Positions 44,011-51,977 of a stretch of DNA of 64,000 bases are shown here, in pieces. The notes below the pieces were generated by a model. The model was not told where the DNA came from and did no database searches. It was given only the letters and a program-made list of their open reading frames with translations. This DNA is from an uncultured Planctomycetota bacterium (GTDB lineage Bacteria > Planctomycetota > PLA2 > JAEUHO01). The first letter of the stretch is position 1. Every line of letters starts with the position of its first letter. Location of the stretch: the NCBI GenBank assembly GCA_963752285.1, contig CAVVXN010000001.1:101990-165989 (forward strand), in the 5' to 3' direction. Position numbers and translations under genes: made by a program.

Positions 44011-44952
44011 ATGCTGATGACGAGGTCGTTGGGCCTGGCCGTCTTGGGGTTCGCCTCCCTCCTCGCGTCGGGGTGCGGGAGCGAGGGGCCGGCGGCCTCG
44101 GCTACGAATGCGCGTCACGCGAAGCCGGTCGTGGCCGTCGTGAGCTATCCGCTCCTCTACTTCGTGGAGCGGATCGCGGGCGAGCGCGTCGAGACGTACT
44201 TCCCGGTTCCCGCGGGGGAGGACCCGGCGTTCTGGAGGCCCACCGACGACGAGGTGCTCCGGTACCAGCACGCCGACCGGGTCCTCCTGAACGGCGCGAC
44301 GTTCGCCAAGTGGGCGCTCATCACCTCGCTCCCCGAGGACCGGGTCACGGACACGTCCAAGAGCGTCGCCGATCACTACATCCAGATGAAGCACGTGATC
44401 ATCCACTCCCACGGCCCGGAGGGCCCCCACGAGCACCGGGGGACCGCGATCACCACGTGGCTCGACCCCACCATCGCCATCGTCCAGGCGCAGGCAACGA
44501 AGGACGCCCTCGAGGCGCTGCTCCCCGAGACCGCGCGACCCGACCTGGACCGCGGCCTCGCTTCGCTCGAGAAGGACCTCCACGACCTCGACGCGGCGTT
44601 CCGCGCGGCCGTGGACCAGGACCCGAAGCGGCCCGTCTTCTTCTCGCACCCCGTCTTCCAGTACCTGATCCACCGTTACGCAATCGACGCCGAGGCGGTG
44701 CACTGGGAGGCGAACGAGATGCCCGACGAGAAGGAGTGGACGGGCTTCGAGGCGCTCCTCGAGAACCACCCCGCGAAGTGGATGCTCTGGGAGTCCGCGC
44801 CGAGGGACGACGTCCGGGAACGCCTCCGGGAGCTGGGCGTCGAGAGCGTGGTGTTCGATCCGTGCTCGAACCGCCCGGCCGAGGGCGACTTCCTCTCCGT
44901 GATGCGCGCCGACGCGGACGCGCTCCGGACCGCGTTCGGCGCGGGCTCGTAG
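44011..44952 (+). CDS. ZnuA/TroA-like metal-binding lipoprotein (cluster 9 SBP), no cognate permease/ATPase nearby
   Basis: In track ORF 42691..44952 from MLMTRSLGLAVLGFASLLASGCG (lipobox), after GGGAGGG. His-rich loop IIHSHGPEGPHEHRG. ...HPVFQYLIHRY... Confidence 0.65.
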   Translation: MLMTRSLGLAVLGFASLLASGCGSEGPAASATNARHAKPVVAVVSYPLLYFVERIAGERVETYFPVPAGEDPAFWRPTDDEVLRYQHADRVLLNGATFAKWALITSLPEDRVTDTSKSVADHYIQMKHVIIHSHGPEGPHEHRGTAITTWLDPTIAIVQAQATKDALEALLPETARPDLDRGLASLEKDLHDLDAAFRAAVDQDPKRPVFFSHPVFQYLIHRYAIDAEAVHWEANEMPDEKEWTGFEALLENHPAKWMLWESAPRDDVRERLRELGVESVVFDPCSNRPAEGDFLSVMRADADALRTAFGAGS

Positions 44953-45213
44953 CCGGCCCGGGGACCCGGCGGCTCGGCCGGCACCTTCGTCCCCGATCGG
45001 TGGACGTCTTCGTGGACCGCGCGTCGCGCGTCCGAGGCCCGCGCGTCCCGGGTTTCCGGCGATCGGCGCGGGACCGCCGGGCCCGACGCCCCGGGATCTT
45101 CGACCCCGCGTGAACGGTTCCCCCCTTTGCGAGCCCCTATGGGCGTCCGTTGGACTGGGCGTGCCCGGTGGCCCACCGGCCCCGCGGCCATGTCCTTCCA
45201 GGGAGAAGCCCTC

Positions 45214-46122
45214 ATGTCGAACTCGCTACGGATCCCGATGGCCTTTGTCGGCGCGGCCCTCGCCGCGGCCTTTTTCGCGGGCTCGTCCGCGCAGGGCGAC
45301 GACGCGCCCCCCCTCACGGCGCCCGGCACCTCGGCCACGGCGCCCGCCGGCCCCGCCGCGACGCCCGCCCCGATCCCGACGAGCCCCTCGGCCGCAAACG
45401 TCCCGGCCCCCGCGGCCGACGTCCCGAGCCCGGCTTGCCGGGTGGAGGTGATCCCGGCCCACACGCGCGAGGTCACGCGGCAGGTCACGCACCCGCCGGT
45501 GGTCGGCGAGCGCCAGGTCCCGGTCTACGCGCAGGTAGATGTCCCGACCTACGAGACGCGGCAGGTGCCCGTGTACGAGACGGTCCAGGTCCCGACGTAC
45601 GCGACGCGCGAGGTCCCCGTCTACGACACCGTGCGTGAGCCCGTGTGGGGCGAGGCCGAGGTGCCCACGTTCCGCAAGGTCGAGAAGCCGGTCGAGATCG
45701 ACCTGTGGAACCCATTCGGATGCGACGACCTGACCGTGAAGCTCTGGGACACGACCGAGTGCGTCCCGTGTGGGACCGCCACCCAGTCGGCGGTGGTCGG
45801 CTGGCAGGAGCATCAGGTCCAGACCGGAACCCGGACGGAGAGCTACGTGTCGGGTACGACCGCCCAGCAGGTGCTCACGGGCTACCGGACGGAGACGACG
45901 CAGACCGGAACGCACCCCGAGACGCGCCAGAGCGGGTGGAAGACCGAGAGCGTCGTGCTCGCGCCGGCGCGCGTCGAGACCGTGACCGACCGCGTGGCCG
46001 TGCCGTGCGAGCGCGTGACGGTCGTTCCCGACGACCAGCTCGCCAGCGCCGTGCCGCTTCCGGGGACGACCCGGGTGATCGGAGAGACCGAGCTCGTGCA
46101 GACGCTCGCCACGGCGCGGTAG
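45214..46122 (+). CDS. Secreted repeat protein with about seven 8-residue VP(V/T)Y-x-T-x-x repeats
   Basis: Track ORF 45127..46122. Start MSNSLRIPMAFVGAALAAAFFAGSSAQG at 45214, after GGGAGA. Repeat region: QVPVYAQVDVPTYETRQVPVYETVQVPTYATREVPVYDTVREPVWGEAEVPTFRKV. Confidence 0.6.
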   Translation: MSNSLRIPMAFVGAALAAAFFAGSSAQGDDAPPLTAPGTSATAPAGPAATPAPIPTSPSAANVPAPAADVPSPACRVEVIPAHTREVTRQVTHPPVVGERQVPVYAQVDVPTYETRQVPVYETVQVPTYATREVPVYDTVREPVWGEAEVPTFRKVEKPVEIDLWNPFGCDDLTVKLWDTTECVPCGTATQSAVVGWQEHQVQTGTRTESYVSGTTAQQVLTGYRTETTQTGTHPETRQSGWKTESVVLAPARVETVTDRVAVPCERVTVVPDDQLASAVPLPGTTRVIGETELVQTLATAR

Positions 46123-46305
46123 CACGCCGGCGCCGGTGGGCGCCACGTGCGGCCACCGGTAGGCGCCCGGGGCGCGGCGGGTCGGCCCGACACGGGCGGG
46201 CGGCGGTCGACTCGGCCGCCGCCCGCCGGCTCGACTCGGAGGCGTCGATCCGGGTCCGTAGGCCGACACGCCGGGGTCCGCCGGGCTGGGTTCGGACGAA
46301 TTGCT

Positions 46306-46352
46306 CTGGCTCCGTATGACTACTGGCTCCGTGGGGATTCGGCTGGCTCCGT
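46306..46352 (+). promoter_or_regulatory. Three direct copies of CTGGCTCCGT upstream of truD
   Basis: Exact 10-mers at 46306-46315, 46323-46332 and 46343-46352 (start-to-start spacing 17 and 20 nt), in a locally lower-GC stretch. Confidence 0.5.
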
Positions 46353-46354
46353 GC

Positions 46355-46385
46355 GCGGAAGGACGGTATCGGTATCGCCTTCCGC
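46355..46385 (+). promoter_or_regulatory. Hairpin abutting the truD start codon
   Basis: gcggaagg (46355-46362) pairs perfectly with ccttccgc (46378-46385). The 15-nt loop contains tandem ggtatcggtatc. The ATG is at 46386. Confidence 0.45.
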
Positions 46386-47540
46386 ATGAAGGTGAAGCAG
46401 GCCCGCGAGGACTTCGTCGTCGAAGAGGTGATCGACCTCGCGCCTCGGCCCGACGGCGCCTTCGCGCTCTATCGGCTCGACAAGACGGGCATCGGGACGC
46501 TCGAGGCGCTGCGTGTGCTCGAGCGCGCATGGCGGGTGCCGCGCCGGGACGTCGCGGTGGCGGGCCTCAAGGACCGCCACGGCACGACCTCGCAGACGCT
46601 GAGCATCCGGAACGGACCGGCGCGCGACTACGAGGGGCGCGGGTTCTCCGTCCGGCACCTCGGCCGCGCCGCGCGGCCCGTCGGTCCCGGCGTCCTCGCC
46701 GGAAACCGGTTTCGCATCGTGCTGCGCGACCTCGGCGAGCGCGAGGCGCGGCGCGCCGTGGAACGCGCGGGGGACGTCCTCCGCCACGGGGTCCCGAACT
46801 ACTACGACGACCAACGGTTCGGCTCGCTCCGGGGCACGGGCGGCGCGTTCGTCGCGCGCGCCCGGCTCGCCGGCGACGACGAGCGGGCGCTCCGGCTCGC
46901 GGTCGCGAGCCCGTCCCCCGAGGACCGCGGACGGATCCGCGCCCGCCGCCGTCTGCTCTCGGAGCGCTGGGGCGCGTGGGGAGACCTGGCGCGGCGCCTC
47001 GAGCCCTCGCTCGAACGGAAGGTCGCCGAGCACCTCGCGCGCGGCGCGACCTTTCTCGACGCGTACGCGCTCCTCGACAGGAACCTTCGCGCGCTCCACC
47101 TCGGCGCGTGGCAGGCCCACGTGTTCAACGAAGGGCTCCGCCGCCACGTCCCGCCGGGTGGACCCTCGTCGCCGGGCGCCGACGGCCCGTACGCGTTCTA
47201 CGACGGACCGCCCGGCGCCCTCGCGACGGAGCGCGTCCCGCTCGCGCACACGCGCGCCGAGTCGCACCCCTGGCTCGACGAGGTGCTCGCCTCGGAAGGC
47301 GTGGACCGCGCGGCGCTCGCGCGCCTCCCCTTCCGGCGCGGGCTCCGCGCGGCGGTCCTCGTGCCCCGCGAGGTGGAGACGGGCGCGCCGATTCCCGACG
47401 ACCACAACCCCGGGCGCCTCGCGCTCTCCCTCGCGTTCGTGCTCGGTCCCGGCTCGTACGCGACGATGATCGTGAAGCGGCTCACGTTCGACGTCCCTCC
47501 GCGCGGTCGCGCGCGTCGTCGGCACGGCCGGGGCCGCTGA
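46386..47540 (+). CDS. truD: tRNA pseudouridine synthase D
   Basis: Track ORF of 384 aa. MKVKQAREDFVVEEV..., AGLKDRHGTTSQ (catalytic GxKD), VPNYYDDQRFG. Confidence 0.85.
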   Translation: MKVKQAREDFVVEEVIDLAPRPDGAFALYRLDKTGIGTLEALRVLERAWRVPRRDVAVAGLKDRHGTTSQTLSIRNGPARDYEGRGFSVRHLGRAARPVGPGVLAGNRFRIVLRDLGEREARRAVERAGDVLRHGVPNYYDDQRFGSLRGTGGAFVARARLAGDDERALRLAVASPSPEDRGRIRARRRLLSERWGAWGDLARRLEPSLERKVAEHLARGATFLDAYALLDRNLRALHLGAWQAHVFNEGLRRHVPPGGPSSPGADGPYAFYDGPPGALATERVPLAHTRAESHPWLDEVLASEGVDRAALARLPFRRGLRAAVLVPREVETGAPIPDDHNPGRLALSLAFVLGPGSYATMIVKRLTFDVPPRGRARRRHGRGR

Positions 47541-47542
47541 CG

Positions 47543-48784
47543 ATGGACGTGTGGATCGTCCTCGCGCTCGGGGCCCTGGCGGCCTGGGTGTTCCTCGCCC
47601 TCGATCCCGGCCGGCGCTGGCCGCGCGCGTGGCCGCAGCGATCGCTCGAGCCGGAGCCCCCCGAGGGGGAGGACGTCGCGGCGATCCTCCCCGCGCGAAA
47701 CGAGGAGGAGATGCTGCCGAAGACGCTCCCGAGCCTCCTCGCACAGTGGCCGCCGCTCCGCCGCGTGGTCGTCGTGGACGACCGCTCGTACGACGAGACG
47801 CTCCACGTCGCGCGCGCGATCGCGAGCCCCCGCGGCCCGGTCCGGCCGGAGCTGAGCGGGATCCGTCGTGAGGACGACCTCCCGGGATGGGCGGGAAAGG
47901 TCGCGGCCCAGGCCGCGGGACGCGCCGCGCTCGAGCGGGGTTGGTGCGCGCCGCCGGCTTCGCGCTGGATCCTGCTCGTGGACGCCGACATCGCGCTCGG
48001 CCCCTGCGTCGTGGACGACCTCGTCGCCCGCGCCGAGAACGGCGAACGCGACCTGGTGAGCGCGATGGCCCGGCTCCGGACGGAGTCGTTCGCCGAGAAG
48101 CTCCTGATCCCGCCCTTCACCTGGTTCTTCCACCACATGTACCCCTTCCGGCGCGTGGCGGACGCGCGCTCACGCGTGGCGGCGGCGGCGGGCGGGCTGA
48201 TCCTCGTCCGCGCCGAAGCCCTCGACCGCGCGGGCGGCTTCGAGGCGTGGCGCGACGCCCGGATCGACGACCTCGCGCTCGCCCGCGCCGTGAAGCGGTC
48301 GGGCGGGGCGCTGGAGCTCGGGTTCCACGAGGGCGTCGTCTCGCGGCGCGCGTACCCCACGTACCGATCAGTCGCCTCGATGGTCGAACGCTCGGCGTCC
48401 GAGGCGCTGGGCCACCGCCGCCTGCTCGTCGTGCTGGTGTGGCTCGCCCTGCTCTTCCTCTTCGTCGTCCCGCCCGTGCTGACCGGGCTCGGCGCGGCCC
48501 GAGGCGACGTCGCGCTCGCCGCGACCGGCGCGGCGGCGTGGGCGGTCGAGACGCTGCTCGTCCTTCCCGCGACGCGATGGCACCGGCTCCGGTGGGCGTG
48601 GGCCCTCTCGATGCCGCTGGCGGCGATCCTCTACGCGTGGATGACGGCGGTCTCGGTCTACCGCCACGCGGTCGGCCGACCGGTACCCTGGCGACCCGGC
48701 GGGGAGGCCCCGCACCGCGAGGGGCAGCGGCGGGTTCCAGGCCGGGGCACCCGCAGCCGGGCGCGCCCGAGGAGCCGCACGTGA
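47543..48784 (+). CDS. Family 2 glycosyltransferase, membrane-associated (HpnB-like layout)
   Basis: In track ORF 46301..48784 from MDVWIVLALGALAAWVFLAL. AAILPARNEE, VVVDDRSYDET, LLVDADI (DxD). C-terminal TM segments are present. Confidence 0.7.
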   Translation: MDVWIVLALGALAAWVFLALDPGRRWPRAWPQRSLEPEPPEGEDVAAILPARNEEEMLPKTLPSLLAQWPPLRRVVVVDDRSYDETLHVARAIASPRGPVRPELSGIRREDDLPGWAGKVAAQAAGRAALERGWCAPPASRWILLVDADIALGPCVVDDLVARAENGERDLVSAMARLRTESFAEKLLIPPFTWFFHHMYPFRRVADARSRVAAAAGGLILVRAEALDRAGGFEAWRDARIDDLALARAVKRSGGALELGFHEGVVSRRAYPTYRSVASMVERSASEALGHRRLLVVLVWLALLFLFVVPPVLTGLGAARGDVALAATGAAAWAVETLLVLPATRWHRLRWAWALSMPLAAILYAWMTAVSVYRHAVGRPVPWRPGGEAPHREGQRRVPGRGTRSRARPRSRT

Positions 48785-50736
48785 AGACGACCCGAACGCG
48801 CCTCCTGCCACTCCTCCTCGTCGCGCTCGCCGGCGTCCTCGGCGTACGGTCCGCCGCGCCCGTCTGGGCGGCGCCGCCGCGTCCGGACGTGGCGACCGAG
48901 GTCCAGAGGGACCTCGTGTACGCTCGCGTCGGCGAGACGGACCTCCACCTCGACCTGTACCGGCCGGGCCGCGCCGAGGGACGGCCGCCGCTCCTCGTCT
49001 GGGTGCACGGAGGAGGATGGGTCCATGGCGCGAAGGCCCCCTGCCCGATCGCGTGGCTCACGAGCGCGGGCTACGCCGTCGCGAGCGTCGAGTACCGGCT
49101 GACCGACGTCGCGATCTTCCCGGCGCAGATCCACGACGTGGAGGCGGCGATCCGCTGGCTCCGCGCGAACGATCGACGCCTGGCGATCGACGCGCGGCGG
49201 ATCGGCGTCGCGGGCGCGTCGGCCGGCGGGCACCTCGTGTCGCTCCTCGGCACGGGCGCGGGCGTGGCGGCCCTGGAGGGGACCGAGGGGGACGCACTCG
49301 GCACGTCGGACCGTGTCCAGGCCGTCTACGACATGTTCGGCCCGGCGGACATCGTGGACCTCGGCTCGAAGGCGCGCCCCGCGACCCCCGTGGCGCTTCG
49401 CGCGGTGTCGATGCTCCTCGGCGGCGACGTCTCGTCCAAGACCGAGCTCGCGCGCCTCGCGAGCCCTCGGACCCACGTCTCGAAGGACGACGCGCCCTTC
49501 CTGATCGTCCACGGCGGGAAGGACCCGCTCGTTCCCCTGGACGAGAGCCGTCGCTTCGACGCGGCGCTCCGCGCGGCGGGCGTCGAGAGCCGCCTCCACG
49601 TGATCGAGGGCGCGGGCCACGGGGGACCGGGGTTCCGGACCGCCGACGTGCTCGACGAGATGCGGGCGTTCTTCGACCGCCACGTCCGGCTCGCCGGCGC
49701 CGAGACGCCGACCGGCGTCGCGCCGGGGAGCGCGCCGCAGCCGACGTCCCGGGGTGCGCCCGAGTCCCCGCCGCCGGCAGCGGAGGCCCGCGCGCGCGCG
49801 CGCGTCCGCACGGCCGAGGCGCCGGGCCCGTACGAGACCGCACGGGCGAACAGCGCGCTCGAGGACGCCGCGCGGCACAAGACGCTCCCGCTCGCCGTGA
49901 CCTTCCCGAAGGCGGCGGGCCCCCACCCCGTGATCGTCTTCTCGCACGGCGCGTACGGCTCGAAGGACGCGTACCGTCCGCTCGCCGAGCACTGGGCGAG
50001 CCACGGCTACGTGGTCGTCCAGCCGACGCACGAGGACTCCCTCTCGCTCGGGAAGCCCGTTCGCCGGCTGCTCGGGAACCCCTTCCGCTTCTGGCGCTCC
50101 CGCGTGGACGACGTGCGCCTCGTGCTCGACCACCTCGACCTCGTCGCCGCGGGCACCGCGGGCCTCGAGGGCACGCTCGACGCCTCGCGGATCGGGGTCG
50201 GCGGCCACTCGTTCGGCGCGCACACGGCCCAGCTCCTGGCGGGCGCCACGACTACCGAGGGCCGTGGACCGCGCGAGAGCCACGCCGACGCGCGGCCGAA
50301 GGCCTTCCTCCTGATCTCGCCGCAGGGCCGCGGCGACCTCCTCGACGCTTCGTCGTGGCAGGACGTCCGGCGCCCCCTCCTGGTCATCACGGGCACGAAC
50401 GACACGGGCCGGGGCGGCCAGCCGTTCGTCTGGCGGATGGACCCGTTCTCGCTCTCGCCCCCGGGCGACAAGCTCCTCGCGCTGGTCGTCGGCGCCTGGC
50501 ACGGCTTCGGCGGGATCACCGGCAAGACGCCGTTCCCCGGCTCGGGCCCGAAGGACCCGGCCGAGGTCGAGGCGGTCGAGGCGCTCTCGCTCCTCTTCTT
50601 CGACGCGTACGTGGACGGCGACGCGTCGGCCCGGGCGGCCCTCGCGACGCCCCCCCTCGCCGGCGTCTTCGGCGACCTGGTTCGTTTCGCGTCGAGACCG
50701 GAGCCGGACGCGACCCGGCCCGGCGGGACGAGGTGA
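48781..50736 (+). CDS. Secreted fusion of two alpha/beta-hydrolase modules (esterase/lipase-like plus PAF-acetylhydrolase/chlorophyllase-like)
   Basis: In track ORF 47887..50736. The GTG at 48781 overlaps the GT2 stop (GTGA). Module 1: LLVWVHGGGWVHG, GVAGASAGGH, IVHGGKDPLVP. Then a Pro/Ala-rich linker. Module 2: VIVFSHGAYGS, GVGGHSFGAHT. Confidence 0.7.
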   Translation: MKTTRTRLLPLLLVALAGVLGVRSAAPVWAAPPRPDVATEVQRDLVYARVGETDLHLDLYRPGRAEGRPPLLVWVHGGGWVHGAKAPCPIAWLTSAGYAVASVEYRLTDVAIFPAQIHDVEAAIRWLRANDRRLAIDARRIGVAGASAGGHLVSLLGTGAGVAALEGTEGDALGTSDRVQAVYDMFGPADIVDLGSKARPATPVALRAVSMLLGGDVSSKTELARLASPRTHVSKDDAPFLIVHGGKDPLVPLDESRRFDAALRAAGVESRLHVIEGAGHGGPGFRTADVLDEMRAFFDRHVRLAGAETPTGVAPGSAPQPTSRGAPESPPPAAEARARARVRTAEAPGPYETARANSALEDAARHKTLPLAVTFPKAAGPHPVIVFSHGAYGSKDAYRPLAEHWASHGYVVVQPTHEDSLSLGKPVRRLLGNPFRFWRSRVDDVRLVLDHLDLVAAGTAGLEGTLDASRIGVGGHSFGAHTAQLLAGATTTEGRGPRESHADARPKAFLLISPQGRGDLLDASSWQDVRRPLLVITGTNDTGRGGQPFVWRMDPFSLSPPGDKLLALVVGAWHGFGGITGKTPFPGSGPKDPAEVEAVEALSLLFFDAYVDGDASARAALATPPLAGVFGDLVRFASRPEPDATRPGGTR

Positions 50737-50739
50737 ATC

Positions 50740-51537
50740 GTGCTCGTGAAGCTCGTCTCCCGTCTCCTCCTGCCGCCCGGAGGGCTCCTCCTCCTCTTCG
50801 CCGCGGCGTTGGTCCTCGCGTTCCTCGGGCGGCGTCGCCTCGCGCTCGTCGTCGCGGGGGTGGCCGGCGCCGCGTTCTGGATCCTCTCTACGCCGATCGT
50901 CGCCGACCGGCTCGTCCAAGGGCTCGAGGGCGAGGTCGGGGCCCGCACGATCGCGGATCTCCCGGTCGCGGACGCGATCGTGGTCCTCGGCGGCGGGATC
51001 GGTCCCGCGCTCCCGCCCCGCACGGTCGCCGACCTGTCCGAGGGCGCCGACCGCGTCCTCTTCGCCGCGCGCCTCGCCCGGGCCGGCAAGGCGCCGCTCG
51101 TCGTCGCGTCGGGGGGCTACCCCGCCTGGGTCGGCGCGCCGACGTCGGAGAGCGCGGAGACGAAGGCCCTCCTCGTCGAGTGGGGCGTGCCCGCCGACCA
51201 CGTGCTCCTCGAGGAGAGGTCCCTCGACACGCTCGAGAACGCGGCGGACACGGCCAAGCTCCTTCGCGAGCGCGGCCTGACGAAGATCCTGCTGGTGACG
51301 TCGGCCCTCCACATGCCGCGCGCGCTCGAGGCGTTTCGCGCGACGGGCCTCGACGTGACCGCCGCGCCGACGGACTACGCGGGCGTCGAGAACGCGCACC
51401 ACACGGTGCTCGACTACGTGCCCACGGCGACGGCGTTCGAGCTGAGCGTCCGCTCGCTCCACGAGCACCTCGGACGACTCTGGTACCGGCTCCACGGGCT
51501 GCCCCGCGCGCCCGCGGACGCGCCGAGCGGCCCCTGA
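50740..51537 (+). CDS. YdcF/ElyC (DUF218) family protein
   Basis: Track ORF of 265 aa. N-terminal TM segments, AIVVLGGG, SLDTLENA, LLVTSALHMPRA. Confidence 0.75.
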   Translation: MLVKLVSRLLLPPGGLLLLFAAALVLAFLGRRRLALVVAGVAGAAFWILSTPIVADRLVQGLEGEVGARTIADLPVADAIVVLGGGIGPALPPRTVADLSEGADRVLFAARLARAGKAPLVVASGGYPAWVGAPTSESAETKALLVEWGVPADHVLLEERSLDTLENAADTAKLLRERGLTKILLVTSALHMPRALEAFRATGLDVTAAPTDYAGVENAHHTVLDYVPTATAFELSVRSLHEHLGRLWYRLHGLPRAPADAPSGP

Positions 51538-51581
51538 CCGGGTCGCCGCCCGGACGACGGCACGCTCCCGCCAGGACCGGG

Positions 51582-51890
51582 TCAGTCGAAGAGGAGCGAC
51601 CACCAGCCGAAGAGCGCCCCGCTCATCTTCCCGCTGCGGCGCGCGGACGACACGTCGGAGCTCCTCCGCGCGGTCAGCCGCGACTCGAGCCGCATGAGGA
51701 TCTGGTCGAGCTCGCCCCGGTCGAGCCACATGCCGTGCTCGTCGCACACGTCCACCGAGACGCCTCGGCGCGACTCGACGCGCATCGGCTTCTGGCAGAG
51801 GGGACAGGGCAGCTCGCGCGCGGGCTCGCCAAGCCCGCGCCCCCACTTGTCCGAGCTCCCCGGGAAATCCGAACCGATCTGGTCCTGCAT
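51582..51890 (-). CDS. TFIIB-type zinc-ribbon domain protein
   Basis: C-terminal part of track ORF 51582..54785(-) from MQDQIGSDF. GGAGGTG lies upstream of the ATG at 51890. CPLCQKPMRVESRRGVSVDVCDEHGMWLDRGELDQI. Confidence 0.65.
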   Translation of the reverse strand: MQDQIGSDFPGSSDKWGRGLGEPARELPCPLCQKPMRVESRRGVSVDVCDEHGMWLDRGELDQILMRLESRLTARRSSDVSSARRSGKMSGALFGWWSLLFD

Positions 51891-51977
51891 CGCCACCTCC
51901 CGCGAGGAGTGTAGCGACGCGTCTCTTCCCCCGGAACGGGCGCTACCGAAACGGGGACGAAGGGGTATCAAGGAGGG

